A stretch of 64,000 bases of DNA from positions 64,001-128,000 of the forward strand of contig CAVXGK010000002.1 in NCBI GenBank assembly GCA_963761305.1. The letters are read 5' to 3'. The stretch's first letter is position 1; each line of letters starts with the position of its first letter. A program made the position numbers and the translations under genes. The notes below the pieces were generated by a model. That model searched no databases. It had not been told where the DNA came from and worked only from the letters and a program-made list of their open reading frames with translations. Positions 59,660 to 64,000 of this stretch are shown here, one piece after another. Source of the stretch: an uncultured Gemmatimonadaceae bacterium (GTDB taxonomy: Bacteria > Gemmatimonadota > Gemmatimonadetes > Gemmatimonadales > Gemmatimonadaceae).

Positions 59660-62056
59660 ATGAATAGCCCGTCCAACCGCGCTGCCATCCTGGTCGCGCT
59701 GTGCGCCACGGCGCTGTCCGCTCAAACGGAGCAGCGAGCGTTTCAACCCCAGGATTGGTACCGCATTCAACGCGTCGGCGGCGGAACGCTGTCGCCGGAC
59801 GGCAACACGCTGGCGTTCACCGTCACGTCGGTGATCGAAAGCAAGGACGTCCGGCACACCGAGGTCTGGGTGCAGCCTGTAGCCGGTGGGGCGGCGAGAC
59901 GCATCACCGCCCCGGCCTTCGAGAGCACCGCTCCGCGCTGGTCCGACGACGGGCAGACGCTCTATTTCACGTCGACGCGCCCGGGGAGCCGCGGAAACAC
60001 GTGGGCGGTGAAGATGAATGAAGGCGGCGAGGCGTTTCCCGCCGAGGCCGGCGCCGGCGGCGCGGCCGCTGGACGCGGCGGTCGGGGAAGCGGCGGTGGA
60101 CGCGGTGGATTCGGCGCGGGGGCCGCGGCGCAGCCGGCCGATAAGAGTTTTACAATAACGGCTGGCGACGAAGGGGCCGGTGGCCGGGGCGGCCGCGGGG
60201 GCCGTGGCGGTGGGCGCGGAGGTCGCGGCGGCGGGGCGGCGGCAGATTCGTCGGCCGTCAATCCGAACGACCCGTACGGAAAGATGCTGCCGCTCGCTCG
60301 TCCGCCGCAGGGATCGATCACGAAACCCATCGATCCGGCGCGCTTCGACGGGCGACAGTTCATCGACGAGCGGACGCGATCCAACGACGCAGGCTTCATC
60401 GCGAGCACGGGCCGCGGCGGTCGCGGTGGCGCGGAGGCCGACACGCTCGGCGCCGCCGGTGGTGGGCGCGGAGGTCGCGGCGCATTCCTCCCGCCGGCCG
60501 GCACGCCGCCCGTTCAACTCTACATTCAGCGCGGATCGGGCGAGCGTAAGCAGCTCACCAACACCAACTACACGCACGCGGCGCCGAGCGTCTCGCCCGA
60601 CGGCAAGTGGGTCGTGTTCACGGCCGACGCCAAGCTTCGCTCGGATTCGCTCGTCGCGCGCGAGCGCGACTCGGTGGCCAAGCTCCCGCACAATCGCGCG
60701 CGCGACGAGGCCGACCGCAACGACGTCGATCTCTACATTCTGCCCGTCGCCGAATGCGAGGCGGGGAACGCGGCCGCGTGCAAGCCGAAGAAGGTCGAGT
60801 ACTTCGGCAGCGAGACCAACATCGTCTGGTCGGCGGACAGCAAGCAGTTCGCGTTCGTCGGGCGTCCGGGGCAATTCAGCAGCTCGCGCCTGCTGCTCGC
60901 GTCGGTCGACGGCGGCAAGGCCGTCGACCTCCTCGGCTCGTGGAAGTACGAGCCGGGACAGATCGAGTGGTTCAAGGACGGCAAGATCCGTATGAACACG
61001 ACCACCGGCGGCAGCCGTGGGTTGTGGCAGATCGATCCGGCGACCAAGCAGATCACGCCGGTCCTCGGCGGGCGCCGGGAAGTGTCGAACATCCTCATGG
61101 ACCGCGCGCAGACGAAGCTCGTCTACGAGTCGTCAGACATCTCTCATCTGGCCGAATACTACGTGTCGGACATCAACGGGCAGAATGAGAGAAAGCTCAC
61201 GTCGTTCAACGACGCCCTCCAGAAGGAAGTCGCGTTCTCCGACGCCGAGCGATTCACCTACAAGTCGCTCGACAATCTGGAGATCGAAGGCTGGCTGATG
61301 AAGCCGTACGGCTACCAGCCCGGCAAGAAGTATCCGGTCGTGCTGTACATCCACGGCGGCCCGCACTCGGCCTACGGGGAAGGGTGGTTCGACGAGTTCC
61401 AGAGCCTCGCCGGTGGCGGCGTGTTCGTGCTGTTCACCAATCCCCGCGGCTCGAGCGGCACCAACGGCGCGTTCACCAACGCGAGCCGCGGCGACTGGGG
61501 CGGCAAGGACTATTGGGATCTGATGAAGGCGGTGGACATCGCGGCCGCGCGCCCCGACGTCGACTCGACCCGCATGGGCGTCACGGGCGGATCGTACGGC
61601 GGCTACATGACGGCGTGGATCGAGACGAAGACCAATCGATTCAAGGCGGCCGAGACCGATCGCATGATCAGCGACTGGACGTACTGGTGGGGTGCGTCGG
61701 ACGCGCAGGGGCTGACGAACAACGAGTTCTTCGGCCGGCCGTGGGAGAATCAGGCGATGTACGATTCTCTCTCGCCGATTCGTCATGTGAAGAATGTGAA
61801 GACGCCGACGCTGATGGTTCAATCGGAGGAGGACTTCCGCGCGCCGATGGGCAACGCCGACATCTGGTACACGTCTCTGCGGGCCATGGGCGTGCCGGCG
61901 GAGTTCGTTCGCTATCCGCGGTCGACGCACGAGCTCTCGCGCTCCGGCGAGCCGTGGCTGCTCGTCGACCGGCTCGGACGAATTCGCCAGTGGTTCGACT
62001 ATTGGCTGATCCAGGGCGGCCCGCCGGCGAACGCCACGACGTCGATGACCCCGTAG
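59660..62056 (+). CDS. S9-family peptidase (acylaminoacyl/dipeptidyl peptidase-like) with GRGG-rich inserts
   Basis: Signal peptide; IHGGPH, NPRGS, GGSYGG, EDFRAP, HELSRSG. Confidence 0.92.
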   Translation: MNSPSNRAAILVALCATALSAQTEQRAFQPQDWYRIQRVGGGTLSPDGNTLAFTVTSVIESKDVRHTEVWVQPVAGGAARRITAPAFESTAPRWSDDGQTLYFTSTRPGSRGNTWAVKMNEGGEAFPAEAGAGGAAAGRGGRGSGGGRGGFGAGAAAQPADKSFTITAGDEGAGGRGGRGGRGGGRGGRGGGAAADSSAVNPNDPYGKMLPLARPPQGSITKPIDPARFDGRQFIDERTRSNDAGFIASTGRGGRGGAEADTLGAAGGGRGGRGAFLPPAGTPPVQLYIQRGSGERKQLTNTNYTHAAPSVSPDGKWVVFTADAKLRSDSLVARERDSVAKLPHNRARDEADRNDVDLYILPVAECEAGNAAACKPKKVEYFGSETNIVWSADSKQFAFVGRPGQFSSSRLLLASVDGGKAVDLLGSWKYEPGQIEWFKDGKIRMNTTTGGSRGLWQIDPATKQITPVLGGRREVSNILMDRAQTKLVYESSDISHLAEYYVSDINGQNERKLTSFNDALQKEVAFSDAERFTYKSLDNLEIEGWLMKPYGYQPGKKYPVVLYIHGGPHSAYGEGWFDEFQSLAGGGVFVLFTNPRGSSGTNGAFTNASRGDWGGKDYWDLMKAVDIAAARPDVDSTRMGVTGGSYGGYMTAWIETKTNRFKAAETDRMISDWTYWWGASDAQGLTNNEFFGRPWENQAMYDSLSPIRHVKNVKTPTLMVQSEEDFRAPMGNADIWYTSLRAMGVPAEFVRYPRSTHELSRSGEPWLLVDRLGRIRQWFDYWLIQGGPPANATTSMTP

Positions 62057-62103
62057 GCCAGTAACGACGCGAGCCTTCCGGCGCCCCGCGATCCGTTCGT
62101 TGG

Positions 62104-62132
62104 TTGAACGGATCCGCCGGCGGGAGTATCTT
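62104..62132 (+). promoter_or_regulatory. Putative sigma70 promoter of tRNA-Gly
   Basis: TTGAAC-17 bp-TATCTT, 8 bp before the tRNA. Confidence 0.6.
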
Positions 62133-62140
62133 CACTCGAC

Positions 62141-62213
<73 letters not shown>

Positions 62214-62227
62214 CTGTGATGTAACGG

Positions 62228-62263
62228 AAGCCCCATCAATGAATCACGTTGGTGGGGCTTTGT
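62228..62263 (+). terminator. Hairpin terminator after tRNA-Gly
   Basis: AAGCCCCATCAA...TTGGTGGGGCTT followed by TGT. Confidence 0.65.
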
Positions 62264-62368
62264 CGCGTGCGGCTGCTCGATGGCGGCAGGGTAGCCGCCG
62301 AGACGGAATCACCGAAGTTGTGGATCGAGGCGTACTGAGTTACTCCCATTGCTTGCCCCCGCATCCCT

Positions 62369-62839
62369 ATGACCGGACTGAGAACCCTCGTTGCGCTCGT
62401 GCTTGGAACGGCTTGCGCGCGTTCCGATTTGACAAGGCGAGCCCCAACGTATTCGCCGCGCGGGCGCGCCATCACCATCACCACCGTTCCACTGCTCGTC
62501 AAAGAGCAGCAGAACCTCTTCCCGTTCCTCAAGCCGGCTTTCGCGAAGGGTGGCGTCCTAGAGGGGAAGGAGGTCTACGCGTTTTCTCCGAGCACCGTCA
62601 CGGTCGTTGAGGGCGACACGATCCACTTCACGTTCATCAACCCTGAAGACGACGATCACTCCTTCGTCCTTCCCGACCTCTCCGTATCGCTGCCTGGTGG
62701 CAAGACAACCACGGCGACGTACGTCGCGGTCCACGCCGGCATCTTTCCGATCGTGTGTGCGATCGAGTCGCATTCACCGATGATGTCGGGACAACTCGTG
62801 GTGCTGTCCGCGGCCTCGATGGCCTCTGATGCACGCTGA
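62369..62839 (+). CDS. Cupredoxin-domain lipoprotein
   Basis: Lipobox GTAC; HSF and CAIESHSPMM give His/Cys/His/Met type-1 copper ligands. Confidence 0.8.
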   Translation: MTGLRTLVALVLGTACARSDLTRRAPTYSPRGRAITITTVPLLVKEQQNLFPFLKPAFAKGGVLEGKEVYAFSPSTVTVVEGDTIHFTFINPEDDDHSFVLPDLSVSLPGGKTTTATYVAVHAGIFPIVCAIESHSPMMSGQLVVLSAASMASDAR

Positions 62840-64000
62840 CGACGTCGAGAACCCGGAGGGCAAGGGTGATGGTGAACGACGAACACCGCTTCTCGACATT
62901 GCGCGGGTGTTCCTGAAGCTTGGCACGATCGGCTTCGGTGGACCCGCGGCGCACATCGCGATGATGGAGCATGAGGTCGTCCGCCGGCGGCAGTGGGTGA
63001 CCCGAGAGGAGTTCCTTGACTACGTCGGGGCGACAAACCTCATCCCGGGTCCGAATTCGACGGAGCTCGCGATTCACATCGGACTCGCGCGCGCTGGCTG
63101 GTGGGGACTCCTTGTTGCCGGTGGCAGTTTCATCCTCCCGGCCACGCTGATCGTCACCGCGATCGCATCGCTATACGTTCGATTCGCCACGCTGCCGACG
63201 GCGGTCGCACTCCTCTATGGCGTCAAGCCCGTCGTGATCGCCGTGGTATTGCAAGCGCTCTGGGGGCTCGCCCGCAGTGCACTCAAGACACGGCGGCTGA
63301 TTCTCCTCGCCGCTGTGACCACGGTGTGCGCGTTCGCGGGTATCAATGAACTCATAATACTGTTCGCGGCCGGGGCGATCATGGCGGCGAGCCGTATGAT
63401 CGAGAGACGTGGGTCGGCCGCCCCCGCGCACTTGCTGTCGTTGTTCTCGATGTCCGGAGGCGCGGCAGCGGCATCTCCCTTTGGCATGTGGCCCCTGTTC
63501 GCCGTGTTCGTCAAGATCGGGTCCGTTCTCTTCGGCAGCGGGTACGTGCTTCTTGCGTTTCTTCGCGCTGACTTGGTCGAGCGGCTACACTGGCTCACCG
63601 AACGTCAACTCCTTGATGCCGTGGCCGTCGGTCAGATCACGCCTGGCCCGCTGTTCACGACTGCGACGTTCATCGGGTGCGTTCTCGGCGGGAGCTTGGG
63701 GGCGACCGTCGCGACCGTTGGCATCTTCGTCCCCGCATTCATTTTCGTCGCCATCAGCGGTCTCGCCCTCCCGCGCCTTCGACGATCACCGGCGATGCGA
63801 GCGGCTCTGGACGGCGTGAACGTCGCGTCGCTCGGCCTGATGGGCGCGGTCACGTGGCAACTCGCGCGCACCGCGCTGGTGGATCCACTGACCGTCGGAC
63901 TCGCCGTGGCAAGCGCGCTGCTTCTCATCCGCGCTCGCATCAATTCCGCGTGGCTCGTCCTCGGCGGCGCCGTGGTCGGCGTTGTCTCGACCGGCCTGTC
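62829..64000 (+). CDS. chrA: Chromate efflux transporter (CHR family), 3'-partial
   Basis: Read manually: FLKLGTIGFGGPAAHIAMM...NLIPGPNSTE; second half FGSGYVL...GQITPGPLF; runs off the window. Confidence 0.92.
   Translation, partial: MHADDVENPEGKGDGERRTPLLDIARVFLKLGTIGFGGPAAHIAMMEHEVVRRRQWVTREEFLDYVGATNLIPGPNSTELAIHIGLARAGWWGLLVAGGSFILPATLIVTAIASLYVRFATLPTAVALLYGVKPVVIAVVLQALWGLARSALKTRRLILLAAVTTVCAFAGINELIILFAAGAIMAASRMIERRGSAAPAHLLSLFSMSGGAAAASPFGMWPLFAVFVKIGSVLFGSGYVLLAFLRADLVERLHWLTERQLLDAVAVGQITPGPLFTTATFIGCVLGGSLGATVATVGIFVPAFIFVAISGLALPRLRRSPAMRAALDGVNVASLGLMGAVTWQLARTALVDPLTVGLAVASALLLIRARINSAWLVLGGAVVGVVSTGL

Overview
High-GC bacterial window, probably Gemmatimonadota judging by gene content and style (inference only). 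The left part carries secreted hydrolases (S9 peptidase, alpha/beta hydrolases, CocE/NonD), a PorV-like barrel, an RCC1 lipoprotein, a ROK kinase, ybbP-ybbA/tesA, efp with a 7-tRNA cluster, DsbD/TlpA, a Ser/Thr kinase and a class V PLP enzyme. A frameshifted four-helix-bundle gene sits between inverted heptamer arrays, and a third copy of the repeat lies 1 kb away. The centre has a co-oriented cluster of DUF4956, SdiA-regulated/YjiK propeller, two Omp85-like barrels carrying atypical kinase-like N-domains, and a metallophosphoesterase, divergent from a secreted phosphoesterase and a TonB receptor. The right part is an ~19 kb potassium region: kdpE, truncated kdpD, a small peptide, kdpFABC, a porin, a duplicated convergent Kup/CPA1 antiporter cassette, and a free KdpD-N/USP protein coupled to a degenerate histidine kinase. 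It is followed by a second S9 peptidase, tRNA-Gly, a cupredoxin and a partial chrA. No rRNA, CRISPR array, integrase or transposase was seen. All family calls come from motif recognition by eye, not from database searches.
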